Source: a virus
Strand: one strand, 5' to 3'
Length of the DNA stretch: 64,000 nucleotides
Virus record (IMG/VR): IMGVR_UViG_3300045988_144993
The position numbers and the translations under genes are program-made. Below the pieces are notes generated by a model, which was not told the origin of the DNA, searched no databases, and was given only the letters and a program-made list of their open reading frames with translations. Shown piece after piece: positions 11,501 to 21,386 of the stretch; the first letter of the stretch is position 1, and every line of letters starts with the position of its first letter.

Positions 11501-11657
11501 GAACCTTTTTATGAAAGATGAAAAAGTCGAAGATGATGACCTATATAGTAAGTTTGGAATTAACGAAATGATGCTAAAGGCGTTAATGACAAAGGGAAAG
11601 GACGAGAAAGGCAATATTAAAATCTTATGGGGTCATCAAAAAATCACAAACGATTAG
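8595..11657 (+). CDS. N6-adenine DNA methyltransferase fused to an SNF2/DEAD-like helicase (DarB-like)
   Basis: N-terminal methyltransferase motif I (IMDLTCGHGAF) and motif IV (VGNPPF). Helicase motif I (GSGKT), motif II (DESD), motif III (TGT) and a C-terminal Q..R block. Confidence 0.75.
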   Translation: MKYIVENLIIPQDKRAEINNKILYLIDNGIAEENGITATDIASSYTGNGGLSGEKFSNYENYYDYSEAKKEFEQGQFFTPYAITDFVIQCLKPDKFDIIMDLTCGHGAFANSVPQESNFFGCEIDMKSYKVAKYLYPKANIRCSDIRVYNPEIRADVIVGNPPFNLKWQIGDTTYVSQLYYTIKASENIKPGGLMALVVPSSFLADDFSDRGMIEEVSKEWNLLCQFDIPSDTFKNLGVTNFSTKIMFFQKKSEHILDVKFSTKKIAIDCLNIESSNFIYENYIKPVITLRNKLKNQLFFENLHDGKTQEQKQFEYKVKKMMFDIKRNPALQDKYAKCSEYLYKYQTQKMPEGMKYEEWEKRKITPNKVLAYLRKVIKSEHKVEIDKIELVKTDYGLKLKPYSRKMKILLNKQYGDFGKFVSINDIVSGQCSYQFENKKYEKLIDKKIKDFQSNEVSFKDMKQDSNIMKFLDNFSIHDYNKNETYKLTEKQKEDINKLLQKRYVFLQWEQGSGKTFAGIAQMDYRFQHNNIRNAFVISTAIAINNNWQDCLEAYHYDYIRINSYSDIQKIKKGQIVLITLDILNTLQKHIKKFVKMQSQKVMLVMDESDSISNQNSKRTKAVLSCFRKIKYKVCMTGTSTRNNICEIYPQLELLYNNSVNMLCECETVYVVDKNKDSETKGKIISDFNKQYNNPFPAYKKGYSLFSKCFLPDKITVFGVVKKTQDIYNSEALKKLLDKTIITRKFEEVTGKKIYEIKNVTCKFTPEEEALYSIAIEEFYKMQYLFKTTGNSRKDAMLRILNQLTLLLKICACPHTFKEYSSTELSSKYKKVFEMIEKWNNERIVIGVRHVDNVYSYATAIKELYPNRPLFVITGNNTTLKKRISICNELKKTRNGILICTQQSLSCSMNIDFVNKCIIPELHWNNASMSQFYFRFIRFTSTEWKEIYFVTYENSIEGNLLKMILCKEKLNLFMKDEKVEDDDLYSKFGINEMMLKALMTKGKDEKGNIKILWGHQKITND

Positions 11658-11685
11658 CTAAAAGTAAAAAGAGAGGTATAAATAA

Positions 11686-12300
11686 ATGAAAGATAATAAA
11701 TTTACAAAAAGAATGAGTGACAAAGGGAAATTGACTTGGCAATATTTCACTATGGCAGCAATTACATTTGTTATAATTCTTGCCGTTGTTATGGGAATAT
11801 TCTTTATCTGTTCACATTCAAAAGTAGTGGCAATGACACCAGACAATATAAATGTGTCATTGATTGAGCAGAAAGGCACACCTACGGCGCAAACTATGCT
11901 TATGAATATAAATACAAGCAAAGAGCCTGAAAATGCAACACGGGGCAATACAGAGGGCAATATGTCTGAATATATAAATCTTGGAGAATTTCGTTTGGCG
12001 GTGTATTGCTCGTGTTCAGTTTGTTGTGAACAGTATGCAAGTAACAGACCGATAGACAAAGACGGTAATGAAATTGTATATACTGCATCAGGAAAAATTG
12101 CAAAATCAGATTAAACTATTGCAGCAGACCCTTCGGTTCTTCCATATGGTACTATTGTTTACATAAACGGTCACAAATATGAGGCACAGGATTGTGGTGG
12201 AGCAATTAAAGGAAACAGTATTGATATATACTTTGATAATCACGAAGATGCTCGTAAATTTGGTGTGCAATATGCTAATGTATTCACAGAAAGAAATTGA
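11686..12300 (+). pseudogene. 3D-domain (MltA/YocH-like) protein with an in-frame TAA
   Basis: An N-terminal transmembrane segment followed by a 3D domain (TASGKIAKSD[TAA]TIAADPSVLPYGT...GGAIKGN.IDIY). The TAA sits where a sense codon is expected, at about 12112-12114. Confidence 0.5.
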
Positions 12301-12366
12301 CAAAAGAATATTACATAGTATAATAGTAAATAGATTACCATACTATTATATGTTGGAGGAGTTTGA

Positions 12367-12666
12367 ATGAAATATAGCAAACAGTTTGCAGCACAAGTTT
12401 TACAATTCAACTCACAATGGGAAAATACAAACCAATCTGTTATTGCCGATAATGTAGAAAAATATCTCTATGCTAAATATCCTGAATGCAAAGAATCATA
12501 TAATGTAAAAATGGATAAGCTAATAGATATTACCAAAAGCAAAAAGGATTCAATTTATTCTTGGCTTAATAGAAGCCGTGAAAATGTAAAAGTTCCATTG
12601 CTAAAATTATGTATGCTTGCTGTTGCATTTGATGTTAATGTGAACAATTTTCTTGAAGTTGACTAA
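12367..12666 (+). CDS. hypothetical protein
   Basis: ORF with ribosome-binding site GGAGGAG. Confidence 0.55.
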   Translation: MKYSKQFAAQVLQFNSQWENTNQSVIADNVEKYLYAKYPECKESYNVKMDKLIDITKSKKDSIYSWLNRSRENVKVPLLKLCMLAVAFDVNVNNFLEVD

Positions 12667-12696
12667 AAATAATTTTGAGAAATTGCAAAATTGTTA

Positions 12697-12725
12697 TTGA
12701 CAAATCAAAAATTATGTTATATAAT
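12697..12725 (+). promoter_or_regulatory. sigma-A-type promoter with upstream element, followed by a structured ~170-nt leader
   Basis: TTGACA-N17-TATAAT. The next 170 nt (12730-12898) hold no ORF and contain a 9-bp-stem hairpin at 12810-12842. Confidence 0.5.
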
Positions 12726-12898
12726 AAAAATACCCTATTAAGAGTGTGTGAGGGAGCAAGCCCTATGACCGCACAGCAACCTGCCAACAGGTAAGGTGCT
12801 AATGCTTGACCGATAGGAAAATTGATTATCAAATCCTATCGGTGACGATGGGATTTTCTTATACGCTCTAATAATTAAATTAGAGAGGAAAAATTACT

Positions 12899-13222
12899 AT
12901 GAACAGAACAATTAAAGAACTTGTAAAAAAGAATGGCAGAGTATATGTTTATCTCGGAGATTCGGAAACTGGGAATCAGTTTATGAAACAGGCTGAATCT
13001 GAAGGATTTACATTTACAGACGGAGCAAAACCCACTGAAAGATGTTATGCCGAGATTATGGCGGTAAACCGTGATATTACAATTAACTTTGTCGGAATGA
13101 ACGGAAGAATTGCATTCGGCAGTGGAGTAGAGACCGTCAATGGTCAGAAACTCCTTCGAGTGGATTTTGCAAAGTATGCAAACGGAGAATCTGACTATCT
13201 ATACCGCAAGTCTCAAAATTAA
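12899..13222 (+). CDS. hypothetical protein
   Basis: ORF with ribosome-binding site GAGAGGAAAA. Confidence 0.55.
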   Translation: MNRTIKELVKKNGRVYVYLGDSETGNQFMKQAESEGFTFTDGAKPTERCYAEIMAVNRDITINFVGMNGRIAFGSGVETVNGQKLLRVDFAKYANGESDYLYRKSQN

Positions 13223-13254
13223 AACCTATCCTATTGACACAAGGAGATAAGAAT

Positions 13255-13587
13255 ATGGAAGAAACTAAATTGAGAATTTGGTGGATGCCTCAACTCGGCG
13301 CAAACTGCACTTTTTATATCCCTGTTAAGAGTGTAGAGGAATCAAAGAAATTCTTGGATGTTCTTGCTGCATATGACCAGTTCCAGTATCAGAACAGAAT
13401 CAAGTCTGATTTCTGCAATACCGGTGGTCTACAAATGTGGAATGAAGAAGAAAAGGATTGGATTGATTGGTCTGACAGTGAAGGCGTTTATGATGATGTC
13501 GATGAATACTGTGAGACTATCGACACCAACGGAGAGTTAGCGGAATTTACAAAGGCAATCTTCGAGCAAGTAAGGTTCGATAATTAA
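13255..13587 (+). CDS. hypothetical protein
   Basis: Start trimmed to the ATG after ribosome-binding site AAGGAGAT. Confidence 0.55.
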   Translation: MEETKLRIWWMPQLGANCTFYIPVKSVEESKKFLDVLAAYDQFQYQNRIKSDFCNTGGLQMWNEEEKDWIDWSDSEGVYDDVDEYCETIDTNGELAEFTKAIFEQVRFDN

Positions 13588-13688
13588 CAATAAAAACGAC
13601 ATTTTATTAACATTTATACACTATATATTGTGTCTGCTGCAAAATTAAACCACAATATATTGTGTAAATATAACAAGGAGATGGAAAA

Positions 13689-13967
13689 ATGGGAATGAAA
13701 TTTGAAGTTGTAGCAAGAGTAACTTATACCGTACATCTTTCTGACGAGGATGTAAAAAAGGTAAAGAAATATCTGAAAAACAATGAAGAAAATCTTCCAT
13801 CTTTTTCCGATGAGGAAAATTTGTGTTATGCGGTGAGAACACTGTATGAGCAAGGAGAAATCTCCTTGTATGATGATGACAAAGCAACCGAGTCGGATTT
13901 TTCAACCGAAGAATTTAATTGGAGTGAATTTGAAGATAAAACGGTTGAACAAATTCTTGGCAAATAA
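13689..13967 (+). CDS. hypothetical acidic protein
   Basis: ORF with ribosome-binding site AAGGAGAT. Confidence 0.5.
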   Translation: MGMKFEVVARVTYTVHLSDEDVKKVKKYLKNNEENLPSFSDEENLCYAVRTLYEQGEISLYDDDKATESDFSTEEFNWSEFEDKTVEQILGK

Positions 13968-13979
13968 GGAGTATAAGGT

Positions 13980-14501
13980 ATGAAGTTTAAAGACATTCCG
14001 AGATTCACAAGACCCGGCTCATATCAAGTAAATATGCCACTTGACCGCTTTGCAAAATGGGTCAATGAAAATGTAGAAGAATGTGGTCTTGAACTCAATC
14101 CAGATTTTCAGAGAGGTCACGTTTGGACGGAGAAACAGCAGATTGCATATATTGAATTTCTGCTCCGCCGTGGCAAGTCCGGCAGAGTCATCTATTTCAA
14201 CTGTCCTACTTGGAGTCACGGCGGCAGAGATGGTTGGTTCGTGTGTGTCGATGGTCTGCAAAGAACCACAGCCATTATGCGATTTATCAACAATGAAATC
14301 CCTGCCTTCGGATGCTACTACAAGGATTTTGAAGATAGACTTCCGATGGAGATTGATGTCCTTGTGAATATCAACGAACTACAAACCAGAGAAGAAGTTC
14401 TGAAATGGTATATTGAGATGAACGAGGGTGGTACTCCACATTCAGAGGAAGAAATCAACAAAGTAAAAATATTGCTTAAAGAGATAAGTGCAGAGATATG
14501 A
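13980..14501 (+). CDS. DUF262/ParB-like nuclease domain protein
   Basis: FQRGHVW...DGLQRT motifs. This domain is the N-terminal part of GmrSD-type restriction enzymes; here it stands alone at 173 aa. Confidence 0.5.
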   Translation: MKFKDIPRFTRPGSYQVNMPLDRFAKWVNENVEECGLELNPDFQRGHVWTEKQQIAYIEFLLRRGKSGRVIYFNCPTWSHGGRDGWFVCVDGLQRTTAIMRFINNEIPAFGCYYKDFEDRLPMEIDVLVNINELQTREEVLKWYIEMNEGGTPHSEEEINKVKILLKEISAEI

Positions 14502-14875
14502 ATTCTGCTAAAATTTGGTTGGATAAACTGGCGGCGGTTCAGTAAAGACAATTCCTAATTTCATCAATTCAATAATAGTATTATTCAAATAAAGATAAAC
14601 CTATTTGTTTATTATTACTATTCGATTAACCATAGAGAAGCAAATGGGTTTATCGCATACAATTTCTTATTTATATATAATATAATAATGTACATAAGAA
14701 TCGTATTAAATAAGGAATTGTATGTAAATCAATACTATTCTTAATTTCTATAAGAATAATGAATAGTATAAAAAGTAATACTATACATAAAGGTATATTA
14801 TTCTGTATGGAAATTCTGCATACAAAATCGGCGGAGATTTTTTCACAGAATTAGAAATAATTTTGAGAAAAATGC

Positions 14876-14926
14876 TTGACAAATATAAAAGCGTTTGCTA
14901 TAATGATTATAGTAAATGAATTACTA
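14876..14926 (+). promoter_or_regulatory. promoter with upstream element and palindromic operator
   Basis: Upstream element TTAGAAATAATTTTGAGAAA at 14851. TTGACA at 14876 and extended -10 TATAAT at 14899. Palindrome TAGTAAATGAATTACTA at 14910-14926. Confidence 0.55.
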
Positions 14927-14969
14927 CAACACAAAAACACGAAACACATACAGAAAGAGGTATTTATTA

Positions 14970-16804
14970 TGGCAACTATTACAATGAATAACGAAAAGAA
15001 CGGAATTGAAATCAGATTTGACGGTAAGCCTGAAAGTTCAATTATTGTAGCACTTAAAGAGAATGGTTTCCGTTGGAGTGGAAAGCAGAAAATGTGGTAT
15101 GCAAAGCAGAGTGCAGATAGAATTTTATTTGCTGAAAGTCTCGGAGAATTTTCTTCTCCTATTAAAAACAAGGCTGAGCAACACGAAAAATACAACTTGT
15201 GGGAAATGACAAGAACGGATGGAATTGAGGATAATTACAGTAAATATCATATCTATAGCACCAAAGAAATCGCAGCTATAATCAGAAAAAATTTAAGAGC
15301 GAGATTTCCTATGTGTAAATGGTCAATAACAAGTGATTATAATAGCATTTGCATTGACCTGCTGGCTTCCCCATTTTGTTCTGAAAGCGATGAAATTAAA
15401 GCCATTATACATTATGCTTATAAGTTTGCAGAGAGTTATAACTATGACAATAGTGATTCGATGACGGACTACTTTGATGTCAATTTCTATGGCGTATATG
15501 AAAGTAGCATTTTAAGTCATCATTATGAGCAGAAGGAAATGACTGACGATGATAAAGAAATGTGCAAAGTGTTTCAGCAGAACAAGGTAGATTTTGAAGC
15601 AGCCGAAGAAATCCGCAAGCAGAAAGAGTTTGAGGAACAGATGAAGCAGAGAGAAATCGAAGAAGCCGAAGCTAAAAAGCGTGCTGAAATCCGCAAAGCA
15701 AATGAAAAGATTATCGAAGATAACCACACAGTTAAAAAAGTTAATTATACTATCGTGAATGCCATTCTAAAGGCTAACAAAGATGACAACCTTGACCACA
15801 CTGAAATTTATGACGAAAAACAGTGCAGAGAAACTTGTCAGGTTTCCAGAGAAGTACATTTTACCACAGAGGTCTATGTACTTTTTGAAAAACAGTTGAT
15901 GAGCGATTATTCATTCTTTGATGGAATGGGCGGAAGCCGTACAGATGACCGTAGAATCCAATCATCAATAGACTATGATATGATGACCGAAGAAGAAAAG
16001 GAAACTGTCGAGTGGTACAATATTGATTGCGTTGCTATATATTGTGATGGTGAGCTGAAACTTATCGTTGACCCACAGGGTTACAATTATGCAAGATATG
16101 TATATGTTTACGATGAGCAGAGCCAAAAGGTTGATACTTACCATTCAGATTATGGTATTAGTGAAGAAGAACATCAGCATAATATTGAACTTGCAGAAAC
16201 TATTGAAGATGTCAGCACCGAGATTATCAGTCAAAATGAAATCAAAAAGACCTGGCAGAATGAAGATTTTGATTTATATAAGGCTTGTATGAAAGAATGG
16301 ATTTATGCAAATAAATTCAAGTTGAATGCCGGCATTGTCAGGGCAATTACAATTCCCGAACTTAAAACGGTTATGTATAAGGTTCTTACAGAAGTTGACA
16401 GCATAGCGGAACAATTCAAAAATACAAATCTTGAGGCAGGACAGAGAATCACAATCGTAAAGTATAGCGACTTTGGTATGATGTCGGTATCAAAAGTAAC
16501 ATTTCATAGTTACGAAATCGGACAATACGCACAGTATGATAATTCTGTGAAAATGACATTCAAGCCGCATAGAAAGAAAGGTCTTTATTATAAGTGGTTT
16601 TATGGAGATGTTATCATCTACAATGGATGGTATGACCTTCCTGATACAGTTCTGTTTGATATATCATACAAAGAACATTGTATTACACAAAAATCTAAAT
16701 GGGTATCATTTGATAGAAAGCAGTATGATGCTATACTTGAATACTTTGCGGAACAAGGATTGAAACCGATTATCAATACTTATAAACCACAATTTAGAAA
16801 GTGA
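14970..16804 (+). CDS. hypothetical protein (612 aa) with a K/E-rich coiled-coil segment
   Basis: Start trimmed to the ATG after ribosome-binding site AAAGAGG. Confidence 0.55.
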
Positions 16805-16815
16805 GGTTATTATAA

Positions 16816-17646
16816 ATGGAAGTAATCGGCAGACCAAGACGAATTAACAATATAGGTGAAGTATCACAAGAGGAAGCGGAAATCTATACCCGAAATTCCG
16901 AGTTAAACATCAATAGACAGGAAATTCCTATTGGTACAGTTGTTTACTATATTAAAAAACACGGTCACGAATGGAGAGTTGATTTTGGAACAGTAGAAGA
17001 ACATTATACAAGCGAGATTTGTATTCAACTTTATGATTTTGCAGATACAAGGCTTATCAATGGTGTACCATCTAATGAATTTGTAACACCAACGAAATGG
17101 AAGAAGTTACCAAAAGGATGGAGTTATAATACAAAACTCTTTGAATGCAGTGATATAGAATTACCTGCGATTGCTAAAACTCTAAGTCTATCCAAAACAG
17201 ATGATATTTTAACGGCAATCAAAGAAGGAATATTAGTAAAGGTTCAGAATATTGATTATTGCCATTTTTGTACAGAGATAGATTCTAAAAAGGGATGGAG
17301 AATCATTCGTCAATATCCTATGACGGAACATCATCCAGAGTACAAGAGTTTTATACCTTGTGAGCTTTTCAGGACTTATGAGGAAGCACAGAAAATGATT
17401 GACATTCATCAAGCTGAACTTAAAAGACAGGCAAATTTGTCAGACCTTGAATGGTCTATTGAACAGATTGATAAAGTTATAGACCGTTGGGCTATAACAT
17501 ATGATATTTCAACAGAGGAAAAGGCAAAATGCAGAGAACGAATAATGTGCATTGATAAACTTGAAAATGTTGAAACAAAGGTGTCCGGTGGAATGGTTCA
17601 GTGGAAATATGAGGATAAGAAACGATGGATGACGGTTGAGTATTAA
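16816..17646 (+). CDS. hypothetical protein
   Basis: ORF with ribosome-binding site GTGAGG. Confidence 0.55.
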   Translation: MEVIGRPRRINNIGEVSQEEAEIYTRNSELNINRQEIPIGTVVYYIKKHGHEWRVDFGTVEEHYTSEICIQLYDFADTRLINGVPSNEFVTPTKWKKLPKGWSYNTKLFECSDIELPAIAKTLSLSKTDDILTAIKEGILVKVQNIDYCHFCTEIDSKKGWRIIRQYPMTEHHPEYKSFIPCELFRTYEEAQKMIDIHQAELKRQANLSDLEWSIEQIDKVIDRWAITYDISTEEKAKCRERIMCIDKLENVETKVSGGMVQWKYEDKKRWMTVEY

Positions 17647-18154
17647 GACTATGGATAGAAAAGCTACAACAATAAAAATATCAAAGGCACTTGAAAAGCA
17701 TATAAATCCAAGATATGATACAAGAATATATATGTCAAAAGAGGTTACTTTTGATTATGGAAGTTTGCATCCAATAAGAGTTGATTATATGCTTTTTAAA
17801 CCGTTAAATAACACTATTTCAGGCATTGAAAAAGGAGATTTTTATTGTTATGAAATAAAATCGTGTGTAGATGATTTTCATTCAAAGAACGGTCATAATT
17901 TCATTGGCGATTTTAATTATTATGTTATGACATCAGGTACATACGACAAAATAAAAGATGAAATCAAATACAATGCTTATGTAGGTGTGTATGTTCTTGA
18001 TGATAGTGGAATGCTAACGATTATCAAGAAAGCCAAAAGAACAAATAGGAAATATCCATTGACTGAAACATTATTGATGATGTTTCGTTCGGCTAATAGA
18101 GAATTTATAAAATCATTAAAAGAACAGGAGAGCAAATCAGATGGCACAGTTTAA
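17636..18154 (+). CDS. hypothetical protein
   Basis: ORF overlapping the upstream stop codon. Confidence 0.5.
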   Translation: MSIKTMDRKATTIKISKALEKHINPRYDTRIYMSKEVTFDYGSLHPIRVDYMLFKPLNNTISGIEKGDFYCYEIKSCVDDFHSKNGHNFIGDFNYYVMTSGTYDKIKDEIKYNAYVGVYVLDDSGMLTIIKKAKRTNRKYPLTETLLMMFRSANREFIKSLKEQESKSDGTV

Positions 18155-18422
18155 CAATAATTACGAGGATTTCATTCAGAAAGTTATTACAGCTGAAACT
18201 TCTGCACTTAATAGTGAGAAAGGTCAGAAATTTTTACAGAAACTCTATGATGAAGCAAAAACACAGAATCCTGATATTACAGCGGAAGAATGGAGCAAAA
18301 TCAAAAAGCAGTTTATGGTTTCAATATTTCACGAAATACTGAAGGAAAATCCTAATTTTATGTCACAGTTCATTGGACTTGTTAAAGAAGAAATTGCAGA
18401 GGAGACGAAAGATGAGAATTAA
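18141..18422 (+). CDS. hypothetical protein
   Basis: ORF with ribosome-binding site AGGAGAG. Confidence 0.5.
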   Translation: MAQFNNNYEDFIQKVITAETSALNSEKGQKFLQKLYDEAKTQNPDITAEEWSKIKKQFMVSIFHEILKENPNFMSQFIGLVKEEIAEETKDEN

Positions 18423-18627
18423 AGAAATCATTTCACAGCATCGCAGGGATTTTAAGGCTATATTTGAGTGTGAACACTGCGGACATACCGAAACAAAAAG
18501 CGGATATGATGATGCAAACTATCATCAGAATGTTATACCTACAATGAAATGTTCTAAATGCGGCAAGGTTGCAGGTGAAAATTACAGACCTTTGACAACG
18601 AAATATCCGGAAGGTATGCAAGTATAA
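18412..18627 (+). CDS. small zinc-ribbon protein
   Basis: Two CxxC pairs (CEHCG...CSKCG). Confidence 0.45.
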   Translation: MRIKEIISQHRRDFKAIFECEHCGHTETKSGYDDANYHQNVIPTMKCSKCGKVAGENYRPLTTKYPEGMQV

Positions 18628-18873
18628 TGGAGGAATTATGACTTGGTGGCAAATTATACTATTAGTAATTTTAATCATTGTTGCCTTATTTAGTATTTGT
18701 TTTATAGTTATTTGGATTTATGGAACTATAATGCAGCATAAATACATTGATAAGTTTAAGAGTGATGACCCAAATTACAATACACATTAGAAATTATAAA
18801 TACATAATTGGAAGGATTGTTAATAGTGATTGATTGTACGAAAACTACAAACTACTTCAACGAAAAGTTGAGG

Positions 18874-19653
18874 ATGACGAAAAGAACAAGAGACGGGGTA
18901 TGTCACATTAAATGTGAGGACTGCCCTTTAGGTAGTATGAATAATGGCATAAATGTTCTGTGTGCAGACTTTGAAACGATTTATCCTAAAAAAGCAGTCG
19001 AAGCTATTCAGAAATGGAGTGACGAACATCACACTTTGCTTAGTGATGATGGAACACCCGAAGCCGCCGAGGTTACCGATAAGGAATTGGAGCTTATCAA
19101 TGCGTATTCACGCAGAAAGCTGACAAAGGACGAGGTATATGTTTTCGGTGTGGTTTTGTGCGACAACGATATTGACCGTGACAACGAGCGTTTTACCGTG
19201 GAGTCGCTTTTTGAACTTGAAAAACTTTTTGTAGGCAAGACGGGTATTTTTGACCACTCGCCGACAGCCAAAACCCAGACGGCAAGAATTTTTGCCTGTT
19301 CGGTTGAAAGCGTTGACGGCAAAAAAACGGCAACGGGCGATGATTATTTCAGACTTACCGCAAGGGCATATATTCCGAAAGCCAAGGGTAACGATGAGAT
19401 TATTCAGGCGATTGACAGCGGTATTTTAAAGGAAGTAGGCATAGGCTGTGCCGCAGATGAAGTAAAATGCAGTGTTTGCGGCGAAAGCCTTAATCATTGC
19501 TCGCACATAAAAGGCGAAACCTACGGCGGCAGAAAGTGTTACGGCGAGCTTTGCGGTATTTGTGACGTTTACGAATGGAGTTTTGTTGCCGTTCCTGTAC
19601 AAAGAAGTGCAGGAGTTATTAAAAGTTTTAAGGGAAAGGAAATGAGAGTTTAA
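18874..19653 (+). CDS. hypothetical protein with a weak HK97 prohead-protease-like pattern
   Basis: Pattern VFGVVL..D...E.F...SL....F.DH...GIL.EVGIGC. The assignment is weak. Confidence 0.35.
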   Translation: MTKRTRDGVCHIKCEDCPLGSMNNGINVLCADFETIYPKKAVEAIQKWSDEHHTLLSDDGTPEAAEVTDKELELINAYSRRKLTKDEVYVFGVVLCDNDIDRDNERFTVESLFELEKLFVGKTGIFDHSPTAKTQTARIFACSVESVDGKKTATGDDYFRLTARAYIPKAKGNDEIIQAIDSGILKEVGIGCAADEVKCSVCGESLNHCSHIKGETYGGRKCYGELCGICDVYEWSFVAVPVQRSAGVIKSFKGKEMRV

Positions 19654-19783
19654 ATGAGAGTCTATCAGTGTGATAGTTGTAACAAAGTTATCTCAAATCC
19701 GCACAATGTTAAAATGAAGGAATTTTATGTAGGGATTGATACTTAATACTTTACTCGGATTAAAATTATTGGAGGAAAATCAA

Positions 19784-20116
19784 ATGAAAATTAAAGCAGG
19801 TCAAGAGGAAAATTATAATCAGTTTGTTACAGTAAACAGTAAAGACCCTTATTCAAATGTAGTTGTGCAGTATGCAGAAAGATGGGCAAATCTTATGGAA
19901 TCCAGAATTGCTTCGGGGGATAAAATTGTTGATATAGCAGATAGTACATCTCGTGAAGCAGACACAGAGGGTATTACTGGTTTTATGTATGGTTGTGCTG
20001 TTAATGCTTTGTCTCAACTTTGGGAATACGGAGAGGAATTAAGGAAATGGCACAACAAAGAATATAACTATGAAGGCGATGGGGTAGTCAATCCAGCTAT
20101 TCTCACTATAGGATAA
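19784..20116 (+). CDS. hypothetical protein
   Basis: ORF with ribosome-binding site GGAGGAAAA. Confidence 0.5.
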   Translation: MKIKAGQEENYNQFVTVNSKDPYSNVVVQYAERWANLMESRIASGDKIVDIADSTSREADTEGITGFMYGCAVNALSQLWEYGEELRKWHNKEYNYEGDGVVNPAILTIG

Positions 20117-20130
20117 AAGAGGTAATCATA

Positions 20131-20883
20131 ATGACTGAAAATATAACGGTTGAAGAAAACAAAATGTCTCCGCAGGAGTATTTTGATATTGTAAAAGAGA
20201 GGAAAAGGAAAATTACCGATGAACAATTAAAATCGGTATATGATAATTGTCTTGAACTTCTTAATAAATATAATATAACAGGTCAGCAGGGAGGTATGGA
20301 AAAACTCTTATTTCATCTTAATTGCATTGAGAAAGAAAGAGAGATTGTTTCAATGGGTATTGATACATTTGTATATCGTGATGATATTGAGTTCTATATC
20401 AATGAAGTTGCCTCTGATGTTGTCAAAATTATTGATATTCAAAGTTATGAGAGAGAAATTCCTGATGAGATTGTTGAAATTATTTCGCAGGTGAAAGATA
20501 AATTCGACCAGCTTTATATAGTGTTTACTGATTATACTGGCAGGATTGAACGAAAGGTAACAGAAGAACGTAGAAGAAAAGACCCTATTTTATTTGGAAC
20601 ATTTCAGAATGCCGAAACGAGAAGTGTTATTGACCGTTTTTATTATCTTGGTGATTGGGTTGATGAATATTGCGACCTTACACTTGATAAGATGGTCAAT
20701 GAGACTGAACGAGTAGGTAAGAGAAACATTGTTCATACTATTAAAACACCAACAGATATTGAAGAATTAAAAGCACAGTTGAACAGCATTAAAAAAGTCA
20801 ATTCAAGATTTGTTGTTGAGGAACAGAAAAAGAAAAGTTTCTTTGCAAGCATTAAGAACTTTCTTGATAGGAAAAAGAAATGA
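20131..20883 (+). CDS. hypothetical protein
   Basis: ORF with ribosome-binding site AAGAGG. Confidence 0.55.
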   Translation: MTENITVEENKMSPQEYFDIVKERKRKITDEQLKSVYDNCLELLNKYNITGQQGGMEKLLFHLNCIEKEREIVSMGIDTFVYRDDIEFYINEVASDVVKIIDIQSYEREIPDEIVEIISQVKDKFDQLYIVFTDYTGRIERKVTEERRRKDPILFGTFQNAETRSVIDRFYYLGDWVDEYCDLTLDKMVNETERVGKRNIVHTIKTPTDIEELKAQLNSIKKVNSRFVVEEQKKKSFFASIKNFLDRKKK

Positions 20884-21248
20884 TGAAATCAAATATAGAC
20901 TTAACATCAAATGAGATGTTTAGTCGGGAATCTGTGTCGCTTCAATTTAACTTTATAATAAAACATATATATGGTTTACCGTGGGATATGTCAAAAGTGG
21001 CTATTGCCAAAAACGACAGTGATTTAATTCCGAAATTCGAGGGTATCAGAACAGGAGATAAAAGATGTAGAGAACTAAAAGAATTGTGCGAAAGAGAAAG
21101 CACCGGAGATTATTGTGATTGCTGTGGTTCTTATCTTAAAACAATTCCGTGGGATAGAACTTATGGATTGTGTAAGAAGTGTATGGCACATTACGCTAAA
21201 GAGGATTGGGCAAAAGAAGATTTACCCTGGGTAAGCCACAAGAAATGA
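20880..21248 (+). CDS. hypothetical cysteine-rich protein
   Basis: CDCCG...CKKCM motif. Confidence 0.5.
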   Translation: MMKSNIDLTSNEMFSRESVSLQFNFIIKHIYGLPWDMSKVAIAKNDSDLIPKFEGIRTGDKRCRELKELCERESTGDYCDCCGSYLKTIPWDRTYGLCKKCMAHYAKEDWAKEDLPWVSHKK

Positions 21249-21316
21249 GAGGACAGATGGAAACAAATCCGTTATTTTGGGATTAAAAATAATATTGAGA
21301 AAATTCAAAAATATTA

Positions 21317-21367
21317 TTGACATTCTGGCATACATATGATATACTATCCATAGTAAATGATTTACTA
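21317..21367 (+). promoter_or_regulatory. integrase promoter with palindromic operator
   Basis: TTGACA at 21317 and extended -10 TATACT at 21340. Palindrome TAGTAAATGATTTACTA at 21351-21367, identical to the one at 4763. Confidence 0.6.
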
Positions 21368-21386
21368 CACAGGAGGTAGTGAAATA

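Noticed and set aside
18874-19653. An HK97-family prohead protease, implying a structural module.
   Set aside because: The pattern match is weak, and no portal, capsid or terminase genes follow. It is kept as hypothetical with low confidence.
14876-21386. Automatic start codons lying inside promoters or operators (ORFs beginning MIYYT.. and MTNIKAF..).
   Set aside because: These ATGs fall within the -10/operator region, upstream of the ribosome-binding site. I moved each start to the downstream ATG that follows the ribosome-binding site.
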